This document shows, piece by piece, positions 38,829 through 49,469 of a stretch of DNA of 64,000 bases. The position numbers were made by a program, and so were the translations under genes. The stretch covers positions 1,344,001 to 1,408,000 of the forward strand of contig CP169074.1 in assembly GCA_041891055.1 (NCBI GenBank), in the 5' to 3' direction. How positions within the stretch are numbered: position 1 is the stretch's first letter; the number at the start of each line of letters is the position of its first letter. This DNA comes from Halorutilales archaeon Cl-col2-1. Lineage in GTDB: Archaea > Halobacteriota > Halobacteria > Halobacteriales > Afararchaeaceae. A model generated the notes under the pieces. The model saw only the letters and a program-made list of their open reading frames with translations. It was not told where the DNA came from and ran no database searches.

Positions 38829-38861
38829 GGTTTGGATTTGTCTTATGTTGTGTGTTGTCTA

Positions 38862-40052
38862 TTATATTATCTGATCCACGAGTCTTCCGACGACCTCGTC
38901 GTCCTCGAAGTGGCTCCGGGCGATCTCGTCGGCGTCCTCCTCGTCGACACCGCTGTACCAGACTCCATCAGGGTAGACGGCGACCATCGGACCGTCGCCA
39001 CATCTCCCGAGACACGACGACCGTGTTATCTTGACGTCGTCGTCCGACTCGTTCCTCAGGCTTTCAAGGACTTCGAGAGAGCCTTGTTTCGCACACGTCT
39101 GGTTGGTACAGACGACGGCGTGTTTCGACTGTCTGTCGTGGACGTGTGGGTCGTCGTCGACCTCGTCCCTGTATGAGTGTTCGACCTTGTTCGAGAGGGC
39201 GCGCATTCTGGCTCGCGCGCCGCCTAAGTCGTCCTCGAATCCTTCGAGCTCTACCTTGTACTTACACGTGTCACACGACATCTCGACCGACTCGCCCCTC
39301 GCCTCCTCCCATCTGTCTATCAGAGCCTCGATTACCTTGTCGTCAGTTCCTATGTGTCCGCCCGACTCGACGTCCATGTAGGGGTAACGCGAGTCGAACT
39401 CCTCGGCGGTATCGTGTATCCTCTGTGTCAGGACGCCGTCACCGAGCATGTAAGGCACGACTACGACGGCGTCTGGGCGCGACTTAGAGACGGTGTGTAG
39501 AGTCTCGTCTAAGAGAGGCTGAGTGATCCCTATGAAAGACGTCTCGACGTCGTACTCCCTACCTTCGTAGACGAGACGTGACAGCTTGTGTGCGTCGGCG
39601 TTTGCGTCGGGGTCGCTCGACCCTCGCGCACAGAGTACGACGGTCAAGTCGTCGTCGTCTCTATCGATACCCGTCTCGTCCTCGACGGCAGCGACGCGGT
39701 CGTCGACTATCTCAGCCATCGAGGGATGGACTCCGAGATGGCGTCCGTAGTAGAACTCCGTCTCGGGGTTGCGCGAGCGCGCCTGGTTAACCTCAAGCGA
39801 GACGTCGTTCTTGACGTGGCTAGCACCGAAGAGAGAGAAGGGTATGACAGTCACCGAGTCGTACTCGTCGGCAGCCTCGTCTGCGGCGTCCTCTATAGAG
39901 GGTTCGGCGAGCTCTATGAAGCCCGTCTTGACCTCGATCCCCAGGCTGTCTTGGAGCATCGACGCCATCCGCCGTACCTGCTGGTTCGACTCCTCCCTGC
40001 GTGAGCCGTGTCCGACGAGAACCACACAGTCGCCGCCCGAGTTCAAACTCAT
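38862..40052 (-). CDS. cbiX: Sirohydrochlorin cobaltochelatase CbiX with C-terminal 2Fe-2S ferredoxin-like domain
   Basis: LVGHGSR, GFIELAEP, SHVKND, RGSSDPDAN, MSCDTCKY, CTNQTC...CLGRCGDGP. Confidence 0.88.
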   Translation of the reverse strand: MSLNSGGDCVVLVGHGSRREESNQQVRRMASMLQDSLGIEVKTGFIELAEPSIEDAADEAADEYDSVTVIPFSLFGASHVKNDVSLEVNQARSRNPETEFYYGRHLGVHPSMAEIVDDRVAAVEDETGIDRDDDDLTVVLCARGSSDPDANADAHKLSRLVYEGREYDVETSFIGITQPLLDETLHTVSKSRPDAVVVVPYMLGDGVLTQRIHDTAEEFDSRYPYMDVESGGHIGTDDKVIEALIDRWEEARGESVEMSCDTCKYKVELEGFEDDLGGARARMRALSNKVEHSYRDEVDDDPHVHDRQSKHAVVCTNQTCAKQGSLEVLESLRNESDDDVKITRSSCLGRCGDGPMVAVYPDGVWYSGVDEEDADEIARSHFEDDEVVGRLVDQII

Positions 40053-40084
40053 TTTATGTAGTACAACTGTATTTGTACTCAGAA

Positions 40085-40780
40085 TTACTTAAAGTATGTG
40101 GAAGAGTACCAGAGGAGAGCGACCGACGTACCCGAGACGGTAGCCACGGCGAGGACGTGTCCCACGAGCGCGACGACGAGAAGACGGCTCTCCAGGATTA
40201 TAGGAAGCAGGAGAAGCTGTGCGGCGGCGAAGCCTATGTTGACTGTGTCGGCGTAAGCGTACTCGCGCGGGGAGTCGAAGGAGTACCCCGAGACGTACCA
40301 GTATGACCTCCAGAGACCTATGAGGCTAGCCCACCACGCCGTTCCTATACGGTAGCACAGATCCCACGCTATGAGGAGAGCAACATAGACGAGGGGCGCA
40401 GGTGGGTCTTCTCCGAGTACCGAACTCAAGAATCCCGGATCGACTACGAAGACGTAGGTCACGAAGCCCGTGAAAGCTAGTAAACCGAGAACGACCTCTA
40501 TGCTAGTGTCGAAGAGAAGCGCCCTGTACTCCTCGGGAGAGTCGAGAGAACGCACCGACTCACCGAGGTAGAGCATGAAGCCGCTACCCACGACTGCGAC
40601 GAATACCGAGAGGGTGCCCGGAACGAGTATACGCGGAAGCTCGTATACGAACGCCAGAAAGACGATGACAGCCTCAAAGACTGCGAACTGGACGATGAGG
40701 GCACCCGTCTCAGAGAGTGACAGACCCGGGAACTCACTGACTATGCTCTCGTAGACCCACGTGTCCTCTCCACGGTTCAT
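40085..40780 (-). CDS. Hypothetical membrane protein
   Basis: TWVYESIV and WDLCYRIG motifs, about 6 TMs, ATGA-coupled to the SDR gene. Confidence 0.75.
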   Translation of the reverse strand: MNRGEDTWVYESIVSEFPGLSLSETGALIVQFAVFEAVIVFLAFVYELPRILVPGTLSVFVAVVGSGFMLYLGESVRSLDSPEEYRALLFDTSIEVVLGLLAFTGFVTYVFVVDPGFLSSVLGEDPPAPLVYVALLIAWDLCYRIGTAWWASLIGLWRSYWYVSGYSFDSPREYAYADTVNIGFAAAQLLLLPIILESRLLVVALVGHVLAVATVSGTSVALLWYSSTYFK

Positions 40781-41703
40781 TCTGCTTCTTCCTCGTCTTC
40801 GTTGAGGGGAAGAACAGCGCGCTGTATAGCTACGTCGATTGGTGTCCGGTTTACGTCGACGTGTTCGAGTATACGCTGTTCGCGTGCCACGACGGGGTTC
40901 TTGAGACCGAGTATGAGAGGATGTGTGACTGATCTCGGGACATCAGTGACGAGACTGACCCAGTAGGTCGAGAGTCCCGGGGTGAGGAGGGGGACGGGAA
41001 GTATGACAGGAGTTATACGTCTTCCGACGAGCCTCGCCGTCTTCTTCAGAACCTCCGCATAAGTAAAGACGTCTGGTCCGCCTATGTCGTACGACTCGCC
41101 CGCTGTCTCGGGTGCTTCTAAGACCCCAACGAGAAAATCGACGGCGTCACCTATCCCGATCGGCTGACACGGAGTGAGGAGCCACTTAGGTGTCACCATC
41201 ACGGGAAGATTCTCGACGAGTTGGCGTATTATAGCGAAGCTCGCGCTTCCATCTCCGACGATTATCGCCGCCCGTAGTGTAGTGAGGTCGTAGTCTGCGT
41301 CTTCGAGAACCTCCTCGACCTCACGTCTCGACGAGAGATGTTCTGAGAGTCCTTTCTTGACCTCGGCGAGTGCTCCCAAGTAGACGACCCTGTCGACGCC
41401 TGCCGACTCGGCGGCTTGGGTGAAGTTACGCGCTATCTTCTTGTCGCGCTCGGCGAACTCCTCCCCCGCCTTGAGCGAGTGGACAAGATAGTAAGACGCG
41501 TCGACTCCGTCGAAATTTCCTTCGAGCGTCTCGGGTTCGAGGAGGTCTCCCTCGACGACCTCGATCTCGTCGTCTACCTCAGACGGCGGCTCGTAGGTCT
41601 CGGGGTCACGTACCATCGCCCTTACTTCGTGTCCCGACTCGACGAGTGAGGGTATCAGGTTACTTCCGACGAAGCCCGAGGCTCCCGTGACAAGGACTCT
41701 CAT
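40777..41703 (-). CDS. NAD(P)-binding atypical SDR (NDUFA9/YbjT-like)
   Basis: VTGASGFVG, YYLVHS, SEHLSSRREVE, LRAAIIVG. Confidence 0.88.
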   Translation of the reverse strand: MRVLVTGASGFVGSNLIPSLVESGHEVRAMVRDPETYEPPSEVDDEIEVVEGDLLEPETLEGNFDGVDASYYLVHSLKAGEEFAERDKKIARNFTQAAESAGVDRVVYLGALAEVKKGLSEHLSSRREVEEVLEDADYDLTTLRAAIIVGDGSASFAIIRQLVENLPVMVTPKWLLTPCQPIGIGDAVDFLVGVLEAPETAGESYDIGGPDVFTYAEVLKKTARLVGRRITPVILPVPLLTPGLSTYWVSLVTDVPRSVTHPLILGLKNPVVAREQRILEHVDVNRTPIDVAIQRAVLPLNEDEEEAE

Positions 41704-41740
41704 GTTCTTGTTCCTTAGTCGGACTCCGAGTATAAAAAGA

Positions 41741-43480
41741 TCAGCCGACAGAGATGAAGCCAGAGACGAATATACGTGTGACAGTTGCGACTAAGGCTCC
41801 GACCCAGGTCAGGGCTACGAGATGGACGAACGCGCTGATCTTGTTTCCCCCGTCGACTACCTTTATCATGAGAGATCCGAGAACCGCGTTGACGAGTATG
41901 AGCGCGAGTATTATGAAGGTGACAGAGGTTATGTCGTAGACCTGTGTGTAGAGAAGCTGTCCCGCGGGTCCCTCCTGTGGCATACTTACCTCGTCGGTTA
42001 TCTGTACCATGAGGTCTACGACCTCGATTCCTATGAAGAAGGCGAAGACGTTCGCGGCAGTCATGCCGTACATCACGCCCATGAAGTTGACAGCGGTCTG
42101 CTTACGGCTCTGACGAAGCTCCCCCAGTGTCTCGAGGTTGTCGGATATGACGTTGCTGATACGTTTGGTGTTTCCTCCGTTCGACCTTCCTATCCTGTAC
42201 ATCTCACTTCCCTTCTGGGCTAGATACGACCTCGTCTCGCGCGAGAAATGTTCCCAGGCTAGCTCCTGGTCGATACGCATGTTGAGGCGGTTATAGAGAT
42301 TCCTTATCTCATCGGTGAGCTTTCCGAAGTCCTTCTTCGAGAGCGTCTCGAGAACCTTTGTCGTCGTCGACTGCTTAGCGTGTTCACTCGCTCCGAGAGA
42401 ACGCAGGAAAGACGGGAACTCCTCGTCCCTGTTCTTTATCCTCTTCTCCTCCAAGTAGACGACTGCGCCGGGGTATATCAGAGGCGTAACCGGAAGCGCG
42501 ACGTAGAACGGTATAGGTATATTGAACGGAAGGAGGTCGGGTATGTAGCCGAAGTAAGCCCCGGCTGCCACGAGGGAGGCGACAGCCGTGAGACCGATTC
42601 CGACTCCGAGTGCGAAAAGTATCTTTCTGTCGAGATCGGTCGTCTCCTCAGGGTGGTACCAGACGGGGTCGTTGGGTATGAGGACGAGGGTTCCGTAGAG
42701 GAAGCCGACCTCTATGAAGGCGTAGAGGAAGACGCCCCCGCCGAGAAGCATCAGAGGGCTCGACCCCGTGAGTATGGGTATTATAGTCGCGAAGACTATG
42801 ACGAAGGAGGTCGAGAGAGACATAGAGAGGAAGAGGTCGACGACTATGTCGACGTTGTCGAGAGATCCCTTGTACATCGTCTCGTACTGCGACATCACGA
42901 CATTCTGTTCCTCCATCAGAAACTCCTCCATGTCCTGTCCAGCGCCTATGTTGTACGCGAGACGTTCGAGGAAGTCGGAAAGGATCGGCGACGGGGTTCT
43001 TTTTGCCTGAAACCTAGCCGCCTCGTCAAGAGACATATTCCACGTCTGTACGAGCTCTACGATCTTCCTCATCTCCTCGGCGACTGCGCCGTACTCCTCC
43101 TGTTCTGCGAACGCGGTGAAGACATCGACACGGGGTATGTTGGTCGAACTCAGAACCCCGAGGTCTGTTATGAAGAGATGGAGCATCTGTTCGATCTCGA
43201 CACGTCTCCTGTCGGCTACGACCTTGGGGTAGACACCGACTACAAAGGTGAGAAATAGGGGTATCACGAAGACTATGGGACTCAGACTCCCGAGTAGGTC
43301 GCCGAGGAGAAAGAGAAGTACCACAGAGACCACGAGACCGCCGAGAGCGGTCGGTGCGACGTACTTGAGGAGGTAGCCCGAGACCGACTCACCCGTCGTG
43401 GTTCGGAGGGCACGTTTCCACGGAACGCCGTCGGATATCTTCTCCGTCTCGGCTTCGGCGTCGGCGTCAGCCTCTGCCAT
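41741..43480 (-). CDS. arlJ: Archaellum assembly membrane platform ArlJ
   Basis: Two T2SSF-like domains, multiple TMs, FPSFLRSLG; adjacent to arlI. Confidence 0.92.
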   Translation of the reverse strand: MAEADADAEAETEKISDGVPWKRALRTTTGESVSGYLLKYVAPTALGGLVVSVVLLFLLGDLLGSLSPIVFVIPLFLTFVVGVYPKVVADRRRVEIEQMLHLFITDLGVLSSTNIPRVDVFTAFAEQEEYGAVAEEMRKIVELVQTWNMSLDEAARFQAKRTPSPILSDFLERLAYNIGAGQDMEEFLMEEQNVVMSQYETMYKGSLDNVDIVVDLFLSMSLSTSFVIVFATIIPILTGSSPLMLLGGGVFLYAFIEVGFLYGTLVLIPNDPVWYHPEETTDLDRKILFALGVGIGLTAVASLVAAGAYFGYIPDLLPFNIPIPFYVALPVTPLIYPGAVVYLEEKRIKNRDEEFPSFLRSLGASEHAKQSTTTKVLETLSKKDFGKLTDEIRNLYNRLNMRIDQELAWEHFSRETRSYLAQKGSEMYRIGRSNGGNTKRISNVISDNLETLGELRQSRKQTAVNFMGVMYGMTAANVFAFFIGIEVVDLMVQITDEVSMPQEGPAGQLLYTQVYDITSVTFIILALILVNAVLGSLMIKVVDGGNKISAFVHLVALTWVGALVATVTRIFVSGFISVG

Positions 43481-45195
43481 TACATACCCGCCCCTTCGGG
43501 CTTCTCAACTTCGAAGGGGAGTCCCTCGACGCCGTCACGCTGGAAGGTGTTGATAGTCTCGTTGACCTCGTTGTAGCCGAGTATCCCCTCCTGTATCATC
43601 TTCTCCATTATGCGTCTACGGAGTTCGAGGTCGTCGTAAATACGGCGGGTGTCCTCGTACGACTTCTTCTCGGCTATCTTGTCCTCAAGTATGTACGAGT
43701 TGTTCATTCCCTTGAAGATTATCTCGTCGTCCACGGGATCCCAAGTGAATACCTCACGCGTGACGATTCCGTCGAGCTCGTCGGAGTATCCCTCTATCTC
43801 GTGTATCGAGGTCACACGTCGTATTCCCTCTCCCTTACGCAGTACAAAGTTCTGGAATATGGCTATGTTGAGCGTGCCGAAGAAGGTCTCGGGGACTTCT
43901 ATGGGCGAGCTCGTGAACCTCTGTATGAGGCTCTTTATGTCTCCCGCATGGAAAGTCAGCATCACGGGATGCCCCGTCTGCATAGCCTGGAAAGCCATAC
44001 GTCCCTCCTCACCACGAACCTCACCCACTATTATGTAGTCGGGACGTGAACGCAGTGCCGCCTCGACGAGGTTGAACATGCTCACGTCTCCGGCTTCCTC
44101 CTCGTCACCGCCGCTCTCACGTGTCAGGAGCTGCTGCCACGCGTCGTGGGGTGGAACGACCTCGGCGGTGTCCTCCGCAGTGTAAATCTTCGAGCCGGGA
44201 GGTATGAAAGATGTGATGGCGTTGAGGGTCGTCGTCTTACCCGAAGCAGTCTCTCCGACGACGAAAGCACTCATGTCGTTTTCGAGAGCCATCCACATGT
44301 AAGCGGCTGCCATTGGCGAGAATGTTCCCCATTTCGTAATCTGAGCTATCGTCAGAGGAGTCTCCTCCTGCTGACGTAGTGTCATCGAGGGTCCACGTAT
44401 CGAGACGTCGTCGCTGTATATGAGGTTGAGACGCGAACCGTCAGGCATCGTCGCGTCTATAATCGGATTCGAGTCGCTCACGGGCTTTCCTATGCGCTCA
44501 GCCATCGACCTGAGGTACTGGTCGTACTCGTCGTCGGTACCGAAGTCGACCGTGGTGCCTGTCAGACCAAATATGTCGTGCTCGACGAAGACCTCATCGG
44601 GCGCGACGACATGTATGTCCTCGTTGTGGGGGTCACGCATTATGGGTTCGAGAGGACCGAGTCCTATGATGTCCCTGTTGAGGCGGTAACGTATCTTCCT
44701 GTACGCCTCCTTCGTGAGCTCTATCCTCTCCTCTCCTATTATGCGTTTGAGAATACGTACTATCCTCTCCCAGAGGCTCTCCTCGGTGACCTCGTCCTTT
44801 ATGACTGTGTTCCTGTCGAGTAGGGTCTCTATCTTCTCGTCGAACTCGGAGTCCTCTGTCGGGGCGGGGAGGTTGACACTCTCGTCTATGATCGCGCGCT
44901 GCGTCTTGTCGTATATGTCCTTCTCGTCCTCGTTGAGAGTGGGCTCGACTGCGTAGTACTTGGTGTCCTGACCCTGTGCTCCGTAGACATGAGTAAAGAG
45001 GACGTCGCCCGTCTGGTAGAGTATGTTGGGGTATCTGACCTCGTGTTCGTCGTCGGGCTCCTCGACGAGCATCGGGAACTTGCCCGTAATCCTCTTGAAC
45101 TCGGCGAGATGGCTCTGGAGATGCGAGTTACGCGACGCCAGCTCGCGGAGTTCTGGGGAGATGTCACGGCTTCCCTGAGATGAGGTTACGGACAT
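43480..45195 (-). CDS. arlI: Archaellum motor ATPase ArlI
   Basis: [35 protein letters not shown]...TFHA. Confidence 0.95.
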   Translation of the reverse strand: MSVTSSQGSRDISPELRELASRNSHLQSHLAEFKRITGKFPMLVEEPDDEHEVRYPNILYQTGDVLFTHVYGAQGQDTKYYAVEPTLNEDEKDIYDKTQRAIIDESVNLPAPTEDSEFDEKIETLLDRNTVIKDEVTEESLWERIVRILKRIIGEERIELTKEAYRKIRYRLNRDIIGLGPLEPIMRDPHNEDIHVVAPDEVFVEHDIFGLTGTTVDFGTDDEYDQYLRSMAERIGKPVSDSNPIIDATMPDGSRLNLIYSDDVSIRGPSMTLRQQEETPLTIAQITKWGTFSPMAAAYMWMALENDMSAFVVGETASGKTTTLNAITSFIPPGSKIYTAEDTAEVVPPHDAWQQLLTRESGGDEEEAGDVSMFNLVEAALRSRPDYIIVGEVRGEEGRMAFQAMQTGHPVMLTFHAGDIKSLIQRFTSSPIEVPETFFGTLNIAIFQNFVLRKGEGIRRVTSIHEIEGYSDELDGIVTREVFTWDPVDDEIIFKGMNNSYILEDKIAEKKSYEDTRRIYDDLELRRRIMEKMIQEGILGYNEVNETINTFQRDGVEGLPFEVEKPEGAGM

Positions 45196-45247
45196 CTTTT
45201 TGTATATTTAAATAACTGAGTTTATTTAGCTTTACGGCTGTCGGAGT

Positions 45248-45976
45248 CTAAGCCACGCTTCTCGACTCTATGACTATACCTATGTCGGGACGGACTCCGT
45301 ATCCTATCATGTCTCCGACCTGCTCTCCCATTCCCGAGAATCTGTTGACGACTATCGAACGGCTCGTCTCGTTTCCTATCTCGGTCATTTCGAGTTCGAG
45401 ATGCACGTCGGCTATCGCGCGGAAGGGTGACATGACCTCCTCATTGAGCGTCGTGGGATCGATAGTGAGTATTATCGTTTTGCCCTCTCCTATTATGTCC
45501 CTGAAGAAAGAGATGATTTCGAGCGCGCCCTGACGCTCCTCGTTCTGTCTCACGAGGCTGTCGAAGGTTCCGTCGTTCCTGAGTATCGCGTCGAATGTGT
45601 CGATTATGACTATGTCACTCTGCCACATAGTGTCGGCATTCATGAGACGCGAGAGGAGATCCTGATCCTCGCTCTGCTGGTCGACGTAGGCGTGGAGGAA
45701 GAGAAGCTGTTCGTTGAGGAGGTACTCCTCTATGTCGTAGCCGAGCGAGTGCATCTGGTCTATGAAGCCCTGGACAGTGAGTTCGCTCGAAAGGAGTGTG
45801 GTCGTATATCCCTCACGGCAGAAGCCGTAGGTGAACCTCTGTGAGATAGCACTCTTTCCCGCACTGTACTCCCCCTCTATCACGACTATAGAGCCCTTCG
45901 GAATTCCTCCACCGAGGTTCTCCTTGAGACGGTCGCGGTCCTCAAGACCGATGTCGTAAAGCTTGCTACCTGGCAT
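45248..45976 (-). CDS. arlH: Archaellum RecA/KaiC-like protein ArlH
   Basis: [30 protein letters not shown]. Confidence 0.93.
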   Translation of the reverse strand: MPGSKLYDIGLEDRDRLKENLGGGIPKGSIVVIEGEYSAGKSAISQRFTYGFCREGYTTTLLSSELTVQGFIDQMHSLGYDIEEYLLNEQLLFLHAYVDQQSEDQDLLSRLMNADTMWQSDIVIIDTFDAILRNDGTFDSLVRQNEERQGALEIISFFRDIIGEGKTIILTIDPTTLNEEVMSPFRAIADVHLELEMTEIGNETSRSIVVNRFSGMGEQVGDMIGYGVRPDIGIVIESRSVA

Positions 45977-45985
45977 GGTTTTGGT

Positions 45986-46450
45986 TTATCCGAGTCTTAT
46001 GTCTATGGTGTCACTCGAAGACCTGGAGTCGATCTTGACGGTGTGGTCTCCCGAAAGTCCCTCAGCCGAGACGTTGAGCCTGACGACCTCGCCGGGACTC
46101 CAGCTTCCCGATCCCTGGATTAAGCTGACGCTACTCACGTCTTCGAACTGACCGTCTATAAGGACTGTGAACAGGTCAGGATCGACAGGAGACGTCGACG
46201 AGCCCGTGTTCTTGACGTAGAAGACGAGACTGTCGTTGGTTCCGTCGCCGTTGGTGTCGTCGTAGGGTACGTTGGTGCGGTCGTTTATAATGGTGATGTC
46301 ACTCCGTATCTTCTCCGAGAGATCCTCGGCTGAGTCCCTCGAAGCGTCCGCCATCGACAGAACCTCCGTTGTGAAGACGGCTGAGACCGAGACAGCGACG
46401 AGTATCGAGGCGATGAAGATTATCATCGTGTCTATGCTCGTACTCGCCAT
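45986..46450 (-). CDS. arlG: Archaellum stator protein ArlG
   Basis: MASTS...IIFIASILVA, DITIIND, YVKNTGS, WSPGE. Confidence 0.9.
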   Translation of the reverse strand: MASTSIDTMIIFIASILVAVSVSAVFTTEVLSMADASRDSAEDLSEKIRSDITIINDRTNVPYDDTNGDGTNDSLVFYVKNTGSSTSPVDPDLFTVLIDGQFEDVSSVSLIQGSGSWSPGEVVRLNVSAEGLSGDHTVKIDSRSSSDTIDIRLG

Positions 46451-46891
46451 CTATCTCACCTCGACATCGCTGATTCCGTTCTCAGTACTGAGCTTTACCC
46501 TAGTAGGATCAGTCGTCGACGAGACGTTGACAACGAGGTAGTCACCCGGGAGCCACAGGTTACTGTTCTTCTCGTTCCCGAAGGAGTTTTTGACAGTCAC
46601 GGTCTCCTTCGGACTGTACTCGCCGTCGAGTATAGCCGTAGTCTTCGAAGCCGAGAGAGACGTCTCCCCGGTGTTCGAGGTGTTCACGGTGAGGGTGTCC
46701 GTGGCTGACGAGTATGACGTACTGATTACCTCGACCGAAGTCTGACGCTTTTCGAGTAAGTCGTGTGCCTCGTCGTCGCGTGCAGTCTCAAGCTGCTTCT
46801 GTGAGTAGGTCCACGCGCCGTAGACCGAGTTAGCGGCAATCAGAACGCCTATGAAGATTATCGCGGTTGAGGCTGATACACTAAAGCCCAT
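46451..46891 (-). CDS. arlF: Archaellum stator protein ArlF
   Basis: MGFSVSASTAIIFIG, NTG, WLPG, TENG. Confidence 0.9.
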   Translation of the reverse strand: MGFSVSASTAIIFIGVLIAANSVYGAWTYSQKQLETARDDEAHDLLEKRQTSVEVISTSYSSATDTLTVNTSNTGETSLSASKTTAILDGEYSPKETVTVKNSFGNEKNSNLWLPGDYLVVNVSSTTDPTRVKLSTENGISDVEVR

Positions 46892-48443
46892 ACTTCTGTA
46901 ACTTTAGAATCTCCTCTACCTCTTCCTCTATGTCGTCTACGTCGCCCGAGAGGTCGTCGCCCTCAAGACTTCCATTCGAGCCGTCGGAGACGTCGAGCTG
47001 TGAGAGCTTCGATATGAAGAGGAGCGACCTGACGTGATCCTCGACGCTGAGCGTGTCGTCGGCTTCGACCTCCACCTCCATGCTGTCACCGTGTCTAGTC
47101 TTGACGTCGTACTCACGGGTAGCTGTCTGGGAGTCGTCGTGTTCTGATCCACTCCGTTTCGACGTTGAGAGAGCACGTGTGTACTTCGAGAGGTGATCCC
47201 GCACCCTCGGGGATATCCAGCCTATGTCGACGTAGAAGTCGAGTGTATCCTGGAAACCCACGATTCCGACGCGCCAGACGAGGAAGTCGACCCAGTTCAT
47301 GGCGACGATGTCAGAGACGTAGTTCTTCGAGAGGCTTTCGAGGTAGTAGTCGGTGTCGGGGGAAGAGGCAGTCGATGGTGTAGAGTCTCCGGCTTCTGCT
47401 TCCGTCTCCGTCTCATCCTTAGCTGCCTCAACCTCAACAGCCTCCTCGTCTTCTGTCTCTGTATCTGTCTCAGCGTCAGTTTCAGTCTCAGTCTCAGACG
47501 TCTCTATCTCAGCCTCTTCGAGAGCCTCGACCTCGTCTTCCTGAGACTCTTCGTCGTCTTCCTGAGACTCCTCCTCGAACTCCTGTTTCATCTCCTCGAA
47601 CTTGTCCTCAGGCTCCTTTTCTTCCTCCTCAGCTTCGAGATCTTCGTCGTCTTCCTGAGACTCCTCCTCGAACTCCTGTTTCATCTCCTCGAACTTGTCC
47701 TCGGGCTCTTGTTCTTCCTCCATCCCCATGCCCATCTCGTCTTCTGTCTCCATCATCATGTCATCCTCGAACTCGCCGCCCTCGTCCATGCTCATGTCTT
47801 CCTCCATCATTCCCATGTCATCGTCCATGTCAGCCATCTCGTCGTCGAAGTCATCAGACTCCTCCTCCATACCCATCCCCATAGAGTCGTCTTCTTCGAG
47901 ATCCTCAAAGTCCTCCTCGAAGAAGTAGTCGGCGTCCTTATCGGCTAGCTCCTCGTCTATCTCGTCTTCTTCCTCATCTTCGCCCCCGAAGAGACCGAAT
48001 CCTCCGTCTCCCTCTGCGGCGATTCCCTCACCCATTCCGCCAGCCTCGTCGACGAACGGGTTGACTCCGCGTGTCACCATCTCGTATATATCGAGGAGCT
48101 TCCTGACGTTCTCCTCGACCTCCTCGACACTCTCGCTTATCGATTCGTTCTCGCTCCTGACAGTCGAGACAGTAGATGAGATACTCCCAACCTCGTTTTC
48201 GAGGTCGTCGACGCGGTTTTCTAGCTCCGTAATCCTCTCGTCACCCTCGTCTCCGAATCCTTCGTCGAGTGAGCCGAAGTCATCGTCCTCGGCTTCACCT
48301 CCTTCGTCACCGAAGAGGTCATCATCTCCCATGTCGTCGTCCATGAAGTCGTCGCCGCCATCGTCTTCTTGGACAGAGTCCTCGGAGTTGCCGTCCGAGA
48401 TCATACCGCGTATGCGCTGTGCTATCTCATCTACAGATGACAT
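46881..48443 (-). CDS. arlCE: Archaellum switch protein ArlC/E fusion with long acidic linker
   Basis: ArlC coiled coil ...LLDIYEMVTRGVNPF; ArlD/E domain WVDFL...LDFYVDIGWIS...LSVEDHVRSLLFI. Confidence 0.88.
   Translation of the reverse strand: MSSVDEIAQRIRGMISDGNSEDSVQEDDGGDDFMDDDMGDDDLFGDEGGEAEDDDFGSLDEGFGDEGDERITELENRVDDLENEVGSISSTVSTVRSENESISESVEEVEENVRKLLDIYEMVTRGVNPFVDEAGGMGEGIAAEGDGGFGLFGGEDEEEDEIDEELADKDADYFFEEDFEDLEEDDSMGMGMEEESDDFDDEMADMDDDMGMMEEDMSMDEGGEFEDDMMMETEDEMGMGMEEEQEPEDKFEEMKQEFEEESQEDDEDLEAEEEEKEPEDKFEEMKQEFEEESQEDDEESQEDEVEALEEAEIETSETETETDAETDTETEDEEAVEVEAAKDETETEAEAGDSTPSTASSPDTDYYLESLSKNYVSDIVAMNWVDFLVWRVGIVGFQDTLDFYVDIGWISPRVRDHLSKYTRALSTSKRSGSEHDDSQTATREYDVKTRHGDSMEVEVEADDTLSVEDHVRSLLFISKLSQLDVSDGSNGSLEGDDLSGDVDDIEEEVEEILKLQKYGL
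47548..47702. repeat. 62-bp identical direct repeat (period 93) inside arlCE
   Basis: 47548-47609 equals 47641-47702; encodes EDKFEEMKQEFEEESQEDDE twice, plus a partial third copy at 47533-47549. Confidence 0.85.
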
Positions 48444-48620
48444 GAAGGACTCACTTTTTTAGTTAACCTACCAGATTTTTGATCCAGACTTTATTAAATC
48501 TACCGGGGGAGAGAAAAGAGCTTCTATACTGAAGGACAAAGTGATGTGAATGGGATACAGAGAACGGCGGGTGCGTATCCGACTTTCTTCGAGAGGACTC
48601 TAATTCAGAGTTCGCCTATC

Positions 48621-49469
48621 TTATCCTTCAGTATAAGTCGACTTACGGTAGACACGTAGTCTGCTGTCGACCGACTCGAAGTCGTTCTTGAGATCCGACG
48701 GTAGCGACTCGGTCTTTCCTATGACGAGGTAGCCGTCGTCGACGAGTGAGTCCCTTATGGTCGTTAGTATTGGAACCTTGTACTCGGAGTCTATGTAGAT
48801 GAAGAGGTTACGGCAAGCGACGAGGTCGAACCCCGACTTGGGGCGTCCGTTTATGAGATCGTGCTGTTCGAAGCTCACCATTTCCTTGACCTCATCGGTG
48901 ACCTCGAACGAGTCGCCGTCCCTGTCTATGTACTGACTGTAGTCGTCGAGAGGACACAGCTGTTCGGAGATGTCCTCGGTCTTCGTGGTCTCGTAGACCC
49001 CCTTCTTCGCAGTCTTGATTATCTCGGCGTCTATGTCGGTCGCCTTTATGGAGATCTTTGAGGCGTCTATCTCGGGGTCTTCGAGGGAGAGCATCGCCAT
49101 CGAGTACGCCTCTCTGCCGTCGGACGACGCCGCACTCCAGAGCTTGACCGACCTCCTGTCGTCTGTGATATCTCTCAGAATCTCACGTATCTTCTCCCAG
49201 ACTTCGGGGTTGCGGAAGAAGCTCGTGACGTTTACGCTGAGAGCGTCGAGTAGAGCCGCTCTCTCGTCCTCCTCGGATCTGAGGACTTCAAGGTAGTCGG
49301 CATAGGCGTCGGAACCCGTGCGTCTCATCCTCGAAGATATACGTCTGTCGAGGTAGCTCGTCTCGTAATAGCTCGTGGCGAACTCCATCTCGTCTTCCAC
49401 GAAGCCGAGTATCTCGTCGAAGCTATCGTCGTCCGATACATCCTCTGTGGCTGTCTCGTCGGTGTTCAA
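48621..49469 (-). CDS. cheR: Chemotaxis methyltransferase CheR
   Basis: NVTSFFRN, WSAASSDGREAYS, ATDID, CRNLFIY; TTG start overlapping the cheD stop (TTGA). Confidence 0.93.
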   Translation of the reverse strand: MNTDETATEDVSDDDSFDEILGFVEDEMEFATSYYETSYLDRRISSRMRRTGSDAYADYLEVLRSEEDERAALLDALSVNVTSFFRNPEVWEKIREILRDITDDRRSVKLWSAASSDGREAYSMAMLSLEDPEIDASKISIKATDIDAEIIKTAKKGVYETTKTEDISEQLCPLDDYSQYIDRDGDSFEVTDEVKEMVSFEQHDLINGRPKSGFDLVACRNLFIYIDSEYKVPILTTIRDSLVDDGYLVIGKTESLPSDLKNDFESVDSRLRVYRKSTYTEG

